A stretch of 32,000 nucleotides of DNA from Propionibacteriaceae bacterium (GCA_031256725.1 JAIRQE010000021.1:180001-212000), one strand, 5' to 3'; shown: positions 1 to 9,335, numbered from the stretch's first letter. Numbers and translations: made by a program. Notes: generated by a model from the sequence alone, not told the origin.

Positions 1-25
1 ACTCCCTCATTGGAATTGTCTCTTG

Positions 26-817
26 TCAGGATACTGCTTGCCAGCCTTGTAGCCGTGAAATTCCCGTGGCAGCCGATTGTACTGCTACAGCCATAAGATC
101 GAGGCGGATGGTTGAAGCGGGGCCTGAGACCGAGACTGCGCCAAGGACCCTCTTCTTCTCGCCGAAGATGGGAGCGCCGATGCAGCTTATACCAACCGAG
201 TGTTCTTGGCGGGAGAAGGCAACACCGGTTTGGCGAACCTTTGCCAACTCGTGGCGAAGTTGCTCCTCATCAATGATGGAATGGGGGGTGAGGCGGGGAA
301 GACCCCTGGCAAGGATTGCATCAGTGATCTCGGGGGGAGAGAAAGCCAAGATGGCTTTTCCTGCGCCAGTGACCGAGGCTGGTAGGCGTCCTCCTGGTCG
401 TGTCCACCTTTGGGCAAGGACTGTGGGACGAATCCGATCCAGGAAAACAACGTCGTGATGATCCAGAACGGCAAGGTGGGTTGCTTGGCGGGTGGCGAGG
501 GCGAGATCGGACAAGAAGGGGGAGGCTGATTCACACAACCCACGTTGGTACTGTGCTTGGCTGCCGAGTTCCATAACCTTGGATCCAAGTCTGTAATGTC
601 CATCTGGGGTTTGCTCTAGAGCGCCCAACTCCGTTAATTCGCCTACGAGTCGATACACCGTTGAGCGGGGGAAACCAACCCTTCGCGCTAGCTCTGCTGC
701 GGAGAGTTCCTTGTCTCTGGATTGGAAGGATGAGAGTACAGCAAGCGCGCGCGCTATGCCGCTTATCCCCGCTGACTCTTCGCTAGTCATGCGATGATGA
801 TAGCATTTGTGAACCAT
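26..817 (-). CDS. IclR-family transcriptional regulator
   Basis: 263-aa ORF. N-terminal winged-HTH segment 'LSAAELARRVGFPRSTVYRLVGELTELGAL' is followed by an IclR-type effector domain ('GISCIGAPIF...LGAVSVSGP'). An alternative ATG lies at 790, and no clear RBS precedes either start. Confidence 0.85.
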   Translation of the reverse strand: MVHKCYHHRMTSEESAGISGIARALAVLSSFQSRDKELSAAELARRVGFPRSTVYRLVGELTELGALEQTPDGHYRLGSKVMELGSQAQYQRGLCESASPFLSDLALATRQATHLAVLDHHDVVFLDRIRPTVLAQRWTRPGGRLPASVTGAGKAILAFSPPEITDAILARGLPRLTPHSIIDEEQLRHELAKVRQTGVAFSRQEHSVGISCIGAPIFGEKKRVLGAVSVSGPASTIRLDLMAVAVQSAATGISRLQGWQAVS

Positions 818-1015
818 GAAGGACGCTTCGCCACACGAAATTCCGAAAATTTCAGGGCATTATCTCAAAAAATGGAACAACTGGCCGTTGTCTAGTAGCT
901 ATCGATTATCAGTGTCGGGGGATGTACTCGTGACACTGCCACCCAATCGGCGTGTCAGGAATCGCTTTCGGTGTCACTGGATACGTCCTCCCCGACACAC
1001 TCCACCCACAAGGTT

Positions 1016-1603
1016 CTACGAGTTCCGTGGTTCGATCAATGGTGGTGAAGCCACTGGTAATTGATTGTGAGCGAAGGAGTACCCCTGGGCGCTGCCAAAG
1101 ACAACAGGATTTGTACTAGATCCCTTGATTGAATAGGCCCACTGACCCTCAGCGTTCTCAATCCAATAGGTCCAATAGGCCGCTGCAGGTGGGGTATTGA
1201 CACAGACTTCGGTATAAGAGTCCTGTCCAGGAATGGGGATCACTTGATCAACAGTGGGGTACCCGTTCAAGCGACAAATGAAATGGGGGGAGTTCGACGG
1301 TTCGAGAACAGTGATACCGAGGGCGTTGAGGGCATCAAGACCAGTCGCACCCTCATGAAGGTTGTAAGCGCACCCGATGGTCGGGTCTGGGCCCAGGTCA
1401 CCGTAATCCACGATGACCGTGACAGCATTGTGGTCCTCTGACGTGCAATATCCTGACTTTCCAGCCCCGGATGGTGGTGGGGCGACGCAGGAATTCAGCA
1501 AGGGGAGTACCACTGTGATCACCAGGGCAAGACCCCATCTCGCGGGAGTAGGTTGTTCGCGAGGGGTACAGCCCGTGGACCCAGGACCCGACCGGGGAGC
1601 CAC
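1016..1603 (-). CDS. DUF4430-like (transcobalamin beta-domain-like) putative lipoprotein
   Basis: The C-terminal ~120 aa ('VTVIVDYGDLG...GATGLDALNALG...YWTYWIENAEGQWAYSIKGSS...GSAQGYSF') fit the DUF4430 pattern. The hydrophobic segment 'WGLALVITVVLPLLNSC' looks like a signal peptide with a lipobox. I place the start at the in-frame GTG at 1603, which overlaps the upstream TAG by 1 nt (TAGTG); the longest ORF runs to 1684 but would overlap the upstream gene by 82 nt. Confidence 0.7.
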   Translation of the reverse strand: MAPRSGPGSTGCTPREQPTPARWGLALVITVVLPLLNSCVAPPPSGAGKSGYCTSEDHNAVTVIVDYGDLGPDPTIGCAYNLHEGATGLDALNALGITVLEPSNSPHFICRLNGYPTVDQVIPIPGQDSYTEVCVNTPPAAAYWTYWIENAEGQWAYSIKGSSTNPVVFGSAQGYSFAHNQLPVASPPLIEPRNS

Positions 1604-2796
1604 TACTTCCGCCTGGATGCTAGGACTCTCCAGACGATGATGGCTAGGGATAGCAAGACGATCCCGCCAACAACTCCCAACCAAATGGGTACAGCAATTC
1701 CCGTGGCTTGGGTGGGTGGCTCAGAGGTACTCTCACACATAGGTCCAGGTACATCGACGACAAGGGTGGGTACAGTGGTATCAGCCACTGGAATGAATCC
1801 GATCAGTCCGAAGATGCCTTGGGCGCCAGCCTGGAAGAGTCCAACCTGAATGTCAAGGGAGTATGGGTTCGTAGAAGTGGATTCAAAGGTGGCAGTATCC
1901 AAGGCCATGGCTCCAGCAAGGTCAGATCCTGCCTCGCAATCAAAGATGAGAGAGGTAAGGAAACTCTTGGCCTTCTCCAGGGATTCGGTGTAGTCCTGAC
2001 CGAAATAAGTCAGAGCAGCAACAGCAAGACCTGTTGTGTTGGCATTTGGGCCCGACCATGGGGAAACAAAACCACCAGTGGAATCCTGGATAGTTGTCAG
2101 ATAGGCAGCTGACGAGGCCAGATCATCCAAGTCAACGCCAGCAGCCCTCAGAGCAATGATTGCCAAAGCAGTCGAATCAGGGTCCGCATCATCGCAAGAG
2201 CCCGGGCCGGAGAAACCATATCCTCCAAGACCAGGAGAAGTCGTATCAACACAGGGCTGTTCAAGGAGCCAGTCGATGGTTGCCTGGGGTACTCCATCCT
2301 CGGAGGTCAACAGAGCCAGGATCGCGAAAGCCTGTCCATAAGCCGAGGGCATCTCTGAGATGGATCCATCGGAGTTGATCGCTGAGGTGAGATCAGCATA
2401 GAGGTCACGGGTCCCATTCTCGGTAGCGTGGTTGCGGGGATCCAATCCGGTGGCATCCTGGGCAAGAATCATCAGAGCAATGGCTGTCGCCTTGGCCCCG
2501 ATCTGCTCAGGACCCGAGATGAAGTCCTCTCCACTGGCTGCCATAGCTTCAGCGGAGGCCACGATCTGGTCGCCAGCGACCCCAGTACCTTTGAGTCCGA
2601 GGATGGCATAGGTGGTACTTGCGTAATCAACGGTTCCTGTTTGTCCCAAAGCCAGATCATTGGTGACAGCTAGGGATCGAGCCAACCAGCCAGCAAGATC
2701 ATGGGATTGATCCTCGGATGCCTGAGCAGGTACCACTGGGGCCAGGATGACAAAAAGGGCAAGAACGCCAACAATAAGGCGCTTAAAATAATGCAC
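1603..2796 (-). CDS. Secreted prenyltransferase/terpene-cyclase-like (alpha/alpha toroid) repeat protein with C-terminal membrane or cell-wall anchor
   Basis: 397 aa with a GTG start. Signal peptide 'MHYFKRLIVGVLALFVILAPVVPAQA'. Repeated helical-hairpin motifs ('AYGQAFAILAL', 'DSTALAIIAL', 'NTTGLAVAAL') are typical of prenyltransferase/squalene-oxidase repeats. The C-terminus 'PTQATGIAVPIWLGVVGGIVLLSLAIIVWRVLASRRK' is a hydrophobic helix plus basic tail, like a sortase sorting signal but without a canonical LPXTG. Confidence 0.75.
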   Translation of the reverse strand: MHYFKRLIVGVLALFVILAPVVPAQASEDQSHDLAGWLARSLAVTNDLALGQTGTVDYASTTYAILGLKGTGVAGDQIVASAEAMAASGEDFISGPEQIGAKATAIALMILAQDATGLDPRNHATENGTRDLYADLTSAINSDGSISEMPSAYGQAFAILALLTSEDGVPQATIDWLLEQPCVDTTSPGLGGYGFSGPGSCDDADPDSTALAIIALRAAGVDLDDLASSAAYLTTIQDSTGGFVSPWSGPNANTTGLAVAALTYFGQDYTESLEKAKSFLTSLIFDCEAGSDLAGAMALDTATFESTSTNPYSLDIQVGLFQAGAQGIFGLIGFIPVADTTVPTLVVDVPGPMCESTSEPPTQATGIAVPIWLGVVGGIVLLSLAIIVWRVLASRRK

Positions 2797-2859
2797 GGAT
2801 GTGCCTTTCTATGAGCGATCCATAGGGAGTCATCCGTGTAGTACGGCAGATCCCTCGTA

Positions 2860-2985
2860 GACCTCGACGGGGAGCCGCTCTGATGTGGGTTCTCGGACTC
2901 ATCGAGAAAACTCGATCTACCGTTGCGGGTCAGTACCGGGTTTGGACCGGTTTCCCCCACGAAGCGAATATGTGGTTGTTGGGGC
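2860..2985 (-). promoter_or_regulatory. Cobalamin (B12) riboswitch in the leader of the 2796..1016 operon
   Basis: The minus strand from 2960 to 2885 reads GUGGGGGAAACCGGUCCAAACCCGGUACUGACCCGCAACGGUAGAUCGAGUUUUCUCGAUGAGUCCGAGAACCCAC. This matches the conserved cobalamin riboswitch core (GGGAA..GGU..AA.CC...CUGaCCCGCAACGGUA), followed by a short hairpin and a B12-box-like AGUCCGAGAACC. CCCAC can pair back to GUGGG. The outer boundaries are approximate. Confidence 0.75.
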
Positions 2986-3075
2986 AAGCCTACAGGGGTC
3001 GGTTCGTTTTTATCGAATCACACGAGGCTGCTTGAATCCTTCATCAAAAACGTTGGACCCGGATAAGATGATCTC

Positions 3076-4446
3076 GTGAACGGTAAAGATCAAGCGGTTG
3101 CCAAAATGCGAAGTGCAGGTGTGAGCCCCACTGCAATATCCATTTTCATGCACAATTGGGATCAGCTTGCATTGGGGGCCACTGGTCTAATTCCCGAGAG
3201 TACGATTTCCCCGCTGACGAGTCCAGATGTACTTGATGACCTCAAGGAGACCTCCGAGGATCGCGAGGCCTTGGCCCGCACTGTGATCATCAAACTCAAT
3301 GGGGGATTGGGTACCTCGATGGGCCTCAGCAAGGCAAAAAGTCTCCTGCCTGTCAGTGATGGGTTGAGCTTCCTGGACATCATGGTGAGACAGGTTCTAT
3401 GGACGAGACGCACATATGATGTACGCCTGCCCCTGCTCTTCCTGCACTCCTTCAACACTCAAGATGACGTACTGAGAGCACTCGAAGCCTATCCCGAACT
3501 CAAGGTGGGCGACCTGCCCTTAGACATGATGCAATCGGAGGAACCCAAGCTGCTTCAGAGTGACCTCACACCTGTTGAGTGGCCTGCCAATCCGCATCTG
3601 GAATGGTGTCCCCCCGGTCACGGTGACCTCTATCCCACGATGTTGGATTCCGGGATCTTGGATGCGCTGATTGATGAGGGGTTCCGCTATGCCTTGGTGT
3701 CGAACGCCGACAACCTTGGAGCTGAACCTTCAGCAACCCTTGCTGGGTGGTTCGCCCGTTCGGAGGCACCCTTTGCAACCGAGGTGACCCCACGTACCCC
3801 CATGGATGTTAAGGGCGGACACATCGCGGTACGTAAGGCCGATGGGCGGTTGATCCTGCGCGAGTCTGCTCAGACACCCCCCGATGAGATGAAGTACTTC
3901 ACTGATGCGGCCATTCACCCCCATGCCCACTGCAATACTTTGTGGTTTGATCTGGTGGGGTTGCGGGCCAAGTTGGCTGAGACCTCAGGGGTCTTGGGTT
4001 TGCCGCTCATCCGCAACTCGAAGACTGTTGATCCTGGGGATCCTAGTTCTCCTGCTGTTTATCAAATTGAAGCGGCCATGGGCGCTGCCATTGAGTCCTT
4101 TGAGGGTGCCATGGCAGTGGTGGTACCACGGTCACGATTCCTCCCTGTGAAGACCACCAATGAGTTGACTCTCCTTCGATCTGATGTCTTCTGGATGGGT
4201 GAGGATTACGTGCCGCGGGCCCAGGTTTCCCCTCTGCCAGTGGTCAATCTCGCCAAGATCTATTCCACGATCACCACCTTCGAGGAGCGTATCCCACATC
4301 CGCTTTCCCTGGGTCAGGCTCGCAGCCTCACAGTTCTCGGTGATTGGTTCTTCGGCAAAGACGTACGAATCGTAGGTGACGTCGTACTAGGTGAAGAAGG
4401 CGGTACGATCCCAGATGGGACAGTACTGGGACCGGTTCGTTTTTGA
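3076..4446 (+). CDS. UTP--glucose-1-phosphate uridylyltransferase, UDPGP (eukaryote-like) family
   Basis: 456 aa with a GTG start. It carries the UDPGP signature 'IIKLNGGLGTSMGLSKAKSLL' and downstream 'SNADNLGA', at a length typical of actinobacterial UDP-sugar pyrophosphorylases. Confidence 0.85.
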   Translation: MNGKDQAVAKMRSAGVSPTAISIFMHNWDQLALGATGLIPESTISPLTSPDVLDDLKETSEDREALARTVIIKLNGGLGTSMGLSKAKSLLPVSDGLSFLDIMVRQVLWTRRTYDVRLPLLFLHSFNTQDDVLRALEAYPELKVGDLPLDMMQSEEPKLLQSDLTPVEWPANPHLEWCPPGHGDLYPTMLDSGILDALIDEGFRYALVSNADNLGAEPSATLAGWFARSEAPFATEVTPRTPMDVKGGHIAVRKADGRLILRESAQTPPDEMKYFTDAAIHPHAHCNTLWFDLVGLRAKLAETSGVLGLPLIRNSKTVDPGDPSSPAVYQIEAAMGAAIESFEGAMAVVVPRSRFLPVKTTNELTLLRSDVFWMGEDYVPRAQVSPLPVVNLAKIYSTITTFEERIPHPLSLGQARSLTVLGDWFFGKDVRIVGDVVLGEEGGTIPDGTVLGPVRF

Positions 4447-4807
4447 CACATTTTCGTGTCAGCGGGACAGGTCATTTTCGGTTTTCAGTGATTCCATTTT
4501 GTGCCTCCCAGTACTCTTCGTCATCTCAGTCAATCCTTCAGTGCGGTCATCCTGTAGTATCCGAGTCATCCTGCGTGGAGTTGCAGGATTCAGATCGTAC
4601 AGTTTCAATCATGTTCAACTGCACAAAAGCCCCGCCTGTTTTATGGCTGATTCCAAGTTGTGGAGTTGTGCCTCCTTTTCCATACGCTGAGGCTTCCAGT
4701 ACACAACTTTGGACTGGGGAAGTGTCACGAGGGTGGAATTGTGAAGTTGTGTACACATGTCCCAGCGGCAAGTACTCTTAGTCAATTATGTGGAGGACCT
4801 ATGGGAT

Positions 4808-4836
4808 ACTGATGTCGTACCACTGATGTCGTACCA
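4808..4836 (+). repeat. Perfect 14-bp tandem direct repeat (ACTGATGTCGTACC x2) just upstream of the 4853 start codon
   Basis: Read directly: 4808-4821 equals 4822-4835, with one further matching base at 4836. It lies 17-45 nt upstream of the ATG of the small wHTH gene. Confidence 0.9.
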
Positions 4837-4852
4837 ACGAAAGGACAATGAT

Positions 4853-5029
4853 ATGGCTACGAAGGAAGACGTACTAGCAGCATTTGCAGCGAGCGATGTA
4901 CCACTGAAGGCAGGTCAGGTTGCCGAATCTCTTGGAGTCGAAAAGAAACTTGTCGATAAAGCGATAAAAGAACTTAAGGCAGAGGGAAAGATCATCTCTC
5001 CCAAGAACTGCTTCTACCAAGCTGCCTGA
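4853..5029 (+). CDS. Small (58 aa) winged-helix DNA-binding protein
   Basis: ATG at 4853 is preceded by AAAGGA 8 nt upstream. The sequence 'MATKEDVLAAFAASDVPLKAGQVAESLGVEKKLVDKAIKELKAEGKIISPKNCFYQAA' has the helix-turn-helix-wing layout of small MarR-like wHTH proteins. The 90-aa longest ORF (from 4757) has an implausible N-terminus. Confidence 0.6.
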   Translation: MATKEDVLAAFAASDVPLKAGQVAESLGVEKKLVDKAIKELKAEGKIISPKNCFYQAA

Positions 5030-5042
5030 TAGGACGGTGCCA

Positions 5043-5071
5043 GCGTTGTCAGAGGTACCTCGTGACAACGC
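5043..5071. terminator. Hairpin between convergent genes (candidate bidirectional terminator)
   Basis: GCGTTGTCA (5043-5051) pairs perfectly with TGACAACGC (5063-5071). The 11-nt loop contains the palindrome GAGGTACCTC. There is no clear U-tract on either side, so the confidence is modest. Confidence 0.4.
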
Positions 5072-5160
5072 AGCGCACCCAACCTTTGTACTTATCCCGA
5101 TTCTGAATATTCGAAAAAGAGCTCCCAGGGTCTGCTCCGTGGCGCTATCTGACTCAGTGC

Positions 5161-6831
5161 TCACAGCCCCGGTCTTTTTCCGATCATGTACGTCACGGGC
5201 TTGATGGATGCGAAGAAGTCATTCCCCTTATTATCGACAACAATGAAAGCGGGGAAGTCCTCGACTTCGATGCGCCAGATGGCTTCCATCCCTAGTTCTG
5301 GGTACTCCAAAACCTCGACCTTTTTGATGCAATCCTGGGCCAAACGTGCAGCCGGACCACCGACAGAGCCGAGGTAGAACCCGCCATGGGCTTTGCAGGC
5401 GTCGGTAACCTGCTGGGTACGATTCCCCTTCGCGACCATGACCATGGAGCCACCGGCGGCCTGGAATTGTTCAACGTAGGCATCCATGCGACCGGCTGTT
5501 GTCGGGCCGAAGGAACCGGAGGGCATCCCCTCGGGGGTCTTGGCTGGGCCAGCGTAATAGACGGGGTGATCCTGGAGGTACTCCGGCATCGGCTTACCCG
5601 AATCCAGAAGCTCTTTGATCTTGGCGTGGGCAATATCCCGGGCCACAACCATAGGGCCTGTCAAGGACAAACGGGTACGAACAGGATATTTCGAGAGTTC
5701 GGACAGTATCTGGGACATGGGCTTTGTGAGGTCAACTTTCACCACATCGCCGCCGAGTTCCGCCTCATCAACATCAGGAAGGAATCGACCAGGATCGGTC
5801 TCCAATTCCTCAATGAAAACGCCCTCGGGAGTGATCTTGCCGAGGCACTGGCGATCAGCCGAACAGGAGACCGAGATCGCCACGGGTACAGATGCCCCAT
5901 GGCGCGGCAGACGAATCACGCGTACATCATGGCAGAAGTACTTCCCACCAAACTGTGCCCCAATCCCAATGGTGCGGGTCATCTCCAAGACCATCTGCTC
6001 CATCTCAAGGTCACGGAAACCATGACCGGCAACCGTCCCAGAAGTCGGCAGGTTGTCGAGATACTTGGCTGAGGCGTACTTGGCGGTCTTCAAGGCGTAT
6101 TCAGCGGAGGTACCACCCACAACGATTGCCAAGTGATAGGGCGGGCATGCGGAGGTACCAATAGCAGTGATCTTCTGCTGGAGGAAAGTCATCAGGGACT
6201 CCTCGTTGAGGAGGGCCTTCGTCTCCTGGAAGAGGTAGCTCTTGTTGGCCGAGCCGCCACCCTTAGCCATGAACAGGAACTTGTAGGACATCCCATGTGT
6301 GGGTTCGGTGTCAGCATAGAGTTCGATCTGCGCTGGAAGGTTCGTACCTGTGTTGACTTCCTCAAACATGGTCAATGGCGCATTTTGGGAGTACCTCAGG
6401 TTGAGGTTCTTGTACGCGTTGTACACACCCAAGGACAAGGATCGCTCATCGGGGTCTTGGCCCGTACTCAAAACTCTGGAACCGCGCTTACCCATGATGA
6501 CAGCCGTACCTGTGTCCTGACACATCGGAAGTACCCCAGCAGCAGAGATAACAGCATTCTTGAGCAGATCATAGGCGACAAACTTGTCGTTATTGGAGGC
6601 CTCAGGATCATCAAGGATTGAACTCAACTGTGTGAGGTGGGCTGAGCGAAGATAGAAGGCAATGTCGTGAAAAGCAGTCTCAGCCAAGAGTGTGAGTGCC
6701 GAGGGATCCACCTCAAGGAAACTGCGACCGTCGGCAGCTTGTACCAAATGTACCCCCTCAGAGGTCAGTTTGCGGTAGACCGTAGTATCAGCAGAAGTCG
6801 GAAGCATATCGCTATATGAAAACTCGGGCAT
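5161..6831 (-). CDS. Class I (Fe-S dependent) fumarate hydratase, fused alpha/beta form
   Basis: 556 aa. N-terminus '[11 protein letters not shown]...VYRKLT...', then '[15 protein letters not shown]' and a C-terminal 'GPTTAGRMD...' region typical of FumA/FumB-type hydrolyases. RBS GAAAGGA lies 5 nt before the ATG at 6831. Confidence 0.9.
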   Translation of the reverse strand: MPEFSYSDMLPTSADTTVYRKLTSEGVHLVQAADGRSFLEVDPSALTLLAETAFHDIAFYLRSAHLTQLSSILDDPEASNNDKFVAYDLLKNAVISAAGVLPMCQDTGTAVIMGKRGSRVLSTGQDPDERSLSLGVYNAYKNLNLRYSQNAPLTMFEEVNTGTNLPAQIELYADTEPTHGMSYKFLFMAKGGGSANKSYLFQETKALLNEESLMTFLQQKITAIGTSACPPYHLAIVVGGTSAEYALKTAKYASAKYLDNLPTSGTVAGHGFRDLEMEQMVLEMTRTIGIGAQFGGKYFCHDVRVIRLPRHGASVPVAISVSCSADRQCLGKITPEGVFIEELETDPGRFLPDVDEAELGGDVVKVDLTKPMSQILSELSKYPVRTRLSLTGPMVVARDIAHAKIKELLDSGKPMPEYLQDHPVYYAGPAKTPEGMPSGSFGPTTAGRMDAYVEQFQAAGGSMVMVAKGNRTQQVTDACKAHGGFYLGSVGGPAARLAQDCIKKVEVLEYPELGMEAIWRIEVEDFPAFIVVDNKGNDFFASIKPVTYMIGKRPGL

Positions 6832-7053
6832 GGCCGTCCTTTCAGCTCTCAGCGCAGGACAGGGGAGATGGATGCAACCCCCACTGCGGTTGTTTGCATT
6901 CTCCCATATCCCCCTGGGGTCTGGGTAGTCTCAGGTACCGAAGTAGGTCATGGAAGAGGGCGCGTTGGTGACCTGTACTAAGGGTGATAGGTGGGTGGGG
7001 AAGCCCTCAGTTTCCCCTGAGTTCTTTCGTTATCGTTCGCGAATGGGGATTCT

Positions 7054-8379
7054 TTGTCAGTGTTCTATGGCACACTAATCTGTATGGCTTTTGCTCGGAT
7101 GGATGAACTACCCCCTGAAGAAATCCAACAACCAACTAGTGGTTCTTCGCTCATGCCCCGCGGGCTGACAATGCTCTTGGGGCTCATGGCGGTTTTCCTT
7201 GCTGCTCAAGGGATTAAGCCCATCAATTCAACTGTCGCGGCTGCTTTTATGGCGCTCAATGTTGTGATTGTGGTCTTCCCGATCCAGAGATTCCTGGCTA
7301 GGTACATTCCGCGGTTTCTTGCATCAGTCAGTGCCGGAATCGTAGCCATTGGTGTCTTGGGTGGAATGATCTGGTCGATGGGATGGACCATCACCCGCTT
7401 GGTCGCAGAACTCCCGAAGTATTCTGAACAATTCAATGCGATGATCTCCAAGATTGTTGCGTGGGCAAACATAGTCGCCGAGAGGTATGGAGCTGAATAC
7501 GATCTCATCTTGCAGGGAATCCTTGATCAGATTAAGTCATTGAGTCTTTCGACTATCATCTCTCCCCTGACTGGTATCGCCCAGGGTGTGTCTAGTTTCG
7601 TGGGCATCCTTCTGATGATTGGTATGGTTCTGATCTTCATGATCATCGACTCGGTCGGCTTCTCTGAGAGGATGCTTCGCCTCGGGGAACGTCACAACCC
7701 TGTACTTGCGTGGGGTCTGTCCTCCTTCGCCAAGGGCACTCGCAAGTATTGGACTGTCACCACCGTTTTCGGTCTGTTTGTCGCCATCTGTAACTTCATT
7801 TTGCTCATGGTGTTGAATGTGCCCATGGCTGGGGTTTGGGCCCTATTCTCCTTCGTCACCAACTACATCCCCAATGTCGGTTTCATTATCGGTTTGGTTC
7901 CCCCAGTCATCATGGCTCTTCTGGCTGCTGATCCGCTCACAGCCCTGTGGGTTGTCGTCGGCTACTGTGTCTTCAACATCGTTATCCAAACCTTCATTCA
8001 ACCAAAGGTTTCGGGTGACGCCGTTGGGATCACCCCTACTATTGCAATCCTTTCCCTGCTGTTTTGGGCGTACGTACTGGGTCCCCTGGGCGCCATCCTC
8101 GCCATCCCAGCAACCCTGCTCGTGAAGACACTCTTTATCGACATTGATCCTAGAAATCGATGGCTCAATGTCCTTATCGCTTCAAATCCACGAACCTCCG
8201 ATCAGGACCCTATACGCCTGTCGAAGATTCTGGCGCGTACAAAGAGGATTCGTAAACTCACCGCGAAGGTACACAGCCCCGGTGTCACCGCTGAGGAAGC
8301 TGAAGCTGCCCAACGTGAAATCGATTCTCTATCCGAGGAGGAACCCAAGCCTTCGGACGAGTCCGGTAAAAGCAAATAA
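7054..8379 (+). CDS. AI-2E family transporter (PerM/UPF0118)
   Basis: 441-aa polytopic membrane protein with the characteristic C-terminal core 'FIQPKVSGDAVGITPTIAILSLLFWAYVLGPLGAILAIPATLLVKTLF'. The start is ambiguous among TTG 7054, GTG 7060, ATG 7084 and ATG 7099. Confidence 0.85.
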   Translation: MSVFYGTLICMAFARMDELPPEEIQQPTSGSSLMPRGLTMLLGLMAVFLAAQGIKPINSTVAAAFMALNVVIVVFPIQRFLARYIPRFLASVSAGIVAIGVLGGMIWSMGWTITRLVAELPKYSEQFNAMISKIVAWANIVAERYGAEYDLILQGILDQIKSLSLSTIISPLTGIAQGVSSFVGILLMIGMVLIFMIIDSVGFSERMLRLGERHNPVLAWGLSSFAKGTRKYWTVTTVFGLFVAICNFILLMVLNVPMAGVWALFSFVTNYIPNVGFIIGLVPPVIMALLAADPLTALWVVVGYCVFNIVIQTFIQPKVSGDAVGITPTIAILSLLFWAYVLGPLGAILAIPATLLVKTLFIDIDPRNRWLNVLIASNPRTSDQDPIRLSKILARTKRIRKLTAKVHSPGVTAEEAEAAQREIDSLSEEEPKPSDESGKSK

Positions 8380-8398
8380 CCCGCGTACACTGTCACGA

Positions 8399-9310
8399 GT
8401 GAAGGGTAAGGATTCCAAAGGGTTAGCAGCTGCACTGTTAGCCTATGGGCTATGGGGATTCTTCCCACTGTACTTCTATCTTTTGGGTCGCTCTGATGCA
8501 GTCGAAATTGTCGCCCATCGCATCTGGTGGACCTTCGCCTTCTGCGTCATTGGTGTGACTCTCATTGGCGCCTGGGGAAAGGTACGCCAGGTATTTCGCA
8601 GCCCCCGCTTGGTCGGGATACTTCTTGTGTCCGGTCTGCTTGTCAGCGCCAATTGGCTGGTCTACATCTTCTCAGTACTCACTAATCACGTTGTCGACGG
8701 AGCCCTAGGCTATTTCATCAACCCCCTGATCACAGTCCTCTTGGCTGTGATCTTCCTCAAAGAGAAGGTACGTCCCGTCCAAGCAGTAGCACTCGGAATC
8801 GGCCTGATCGCTGTCATCGTTCTCGTCGTCGGCTTGGGTCATCTTCCTTGGATTGGGTTGGTCTTGGCCTTAACCTTCGGCTTCTACTCCCTGGTCAAAT
8901 CCAAGGTCGGAGACCGAGTCTCTCCCTTCATTGGTCTAGGAATCGAGACTCTTGCGTTGGCCCCCATCTCGCTTGGCTTCATCCTCTTCCTTGAGTTCAT
9001 CCGCCAGGGGACCCTCACAACTGTGAGTTGGCCGTACGCTTTGCTCTTGGTGGGTACAGGCCTGGTGACAGGCATCCCCTTGCTTCTCTTCGCTGTCGGT
9101 GCTGCCCGGTTATCCCTGGTCACCCTGGCTTTCATTCAGTACCTTGCTCCCATCGGTCAATTCCTTGTGGGAGTACTCGTCTTTCACGAGGAGATGCCAC
9201 CTGTGCGTTGGATTGGGTTCGTCCTGATTTGGTTGGCCTTGGTGGTACTCAGTTGGGATATGGTACGTCGGGCCCGTACCTCAAAAGGTGCGGAACTAGA
9301 ACCAGGGTAA
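8399..9310 (+). CDS. rarD: EamA/RarD family transporter
   Basis: The N-terminus 'VKGKDSKGLAAALLAYGLWGFFPLYFYLL' matches the RarD motif, with 10 predicted TM segments in ~303 aa. I use the GTG at 8399 because the 388-aa longest ORF overlaps the upstream gene and its first 85 aa look non-coding. Confidence 0.8.
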   Translation: MKGKDSKGLAAALLAYGLWGFFPLYFYLLGRSDAVEIVAHRIWWTFAFCVIGVTLIGAWGKVRQVFRSPRLVGILLVSGLLVSANWLVYIFSVLTNHVVDGALGYFINPLITVLLAVIFLKEKVRPVQAVALGIGLIAVIVLVVGLGHLPWIGLVLALTFGFYSLVKSKVGDRVSPFIGLGIETLALAPISLGFILFLEFIRQGTLTTVSWPYALLLVGTGLVTGIPLLLFAVGAARLSLVTLAFIQYLAPIGQFLVGVLVFHEEMPPVRWIGFVLIWLALVVLSWDMVRRARTSKGAELEPG

Positions 9311-9335
9311 TATCTTGTTTTTCGGAAGGTTGTCG

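Noticed and set aside
1603-1720. Canonical LPXTG sortase signal at the C-terminus of the toroid-repeat protein
   Set aside because: Only 'PTQATG' precedes the hydrophobic helix and RRK tail, with no LPXTG or LAXTG. I therefore call it only a C-terminal anchor and do not claim sortase attachment.
4444-4461. Hairpin TGACAC-N6-GTGTCA overlapping the UGPase stop codon as an intrinsic terminator
   Set aside because: It is only a 6-bp AT-containing stem with no downstream U-tract, which is insufficient for a terminator call.
4658-4670. 13-mer TTGTGGAGTTGTG shared between the 4447-4852 gap and repeat copy B (22427-22439), suggesting a third repeat copy
   Set aside because: Similarity does not extend beyond 13 nt, and several 13-mer coincidences are expected by chance in a 32-kb window searched on both strands.
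5386-6621. Plus-strand ORFs (228, 136, 90 and 162 aa) antisense to the fumarate hydratase gene
   Set aside because: They are nested inside a well-supported 556-aa class I fumarase gene, and I recognise no motifs in them.
6863-6905. 12-bp interrupted hairpin (GGGAGA-tgg-ATGCAA ... TTGCAT-TCTCCC) in the fumarase/AI-2E divergent region
   Set aside because: It is a plausible 5'-UTR structure for the fumarase mRNA, but it matches no riboswitch or regulatory family I recognise, and a stem of this size could arise by chance.
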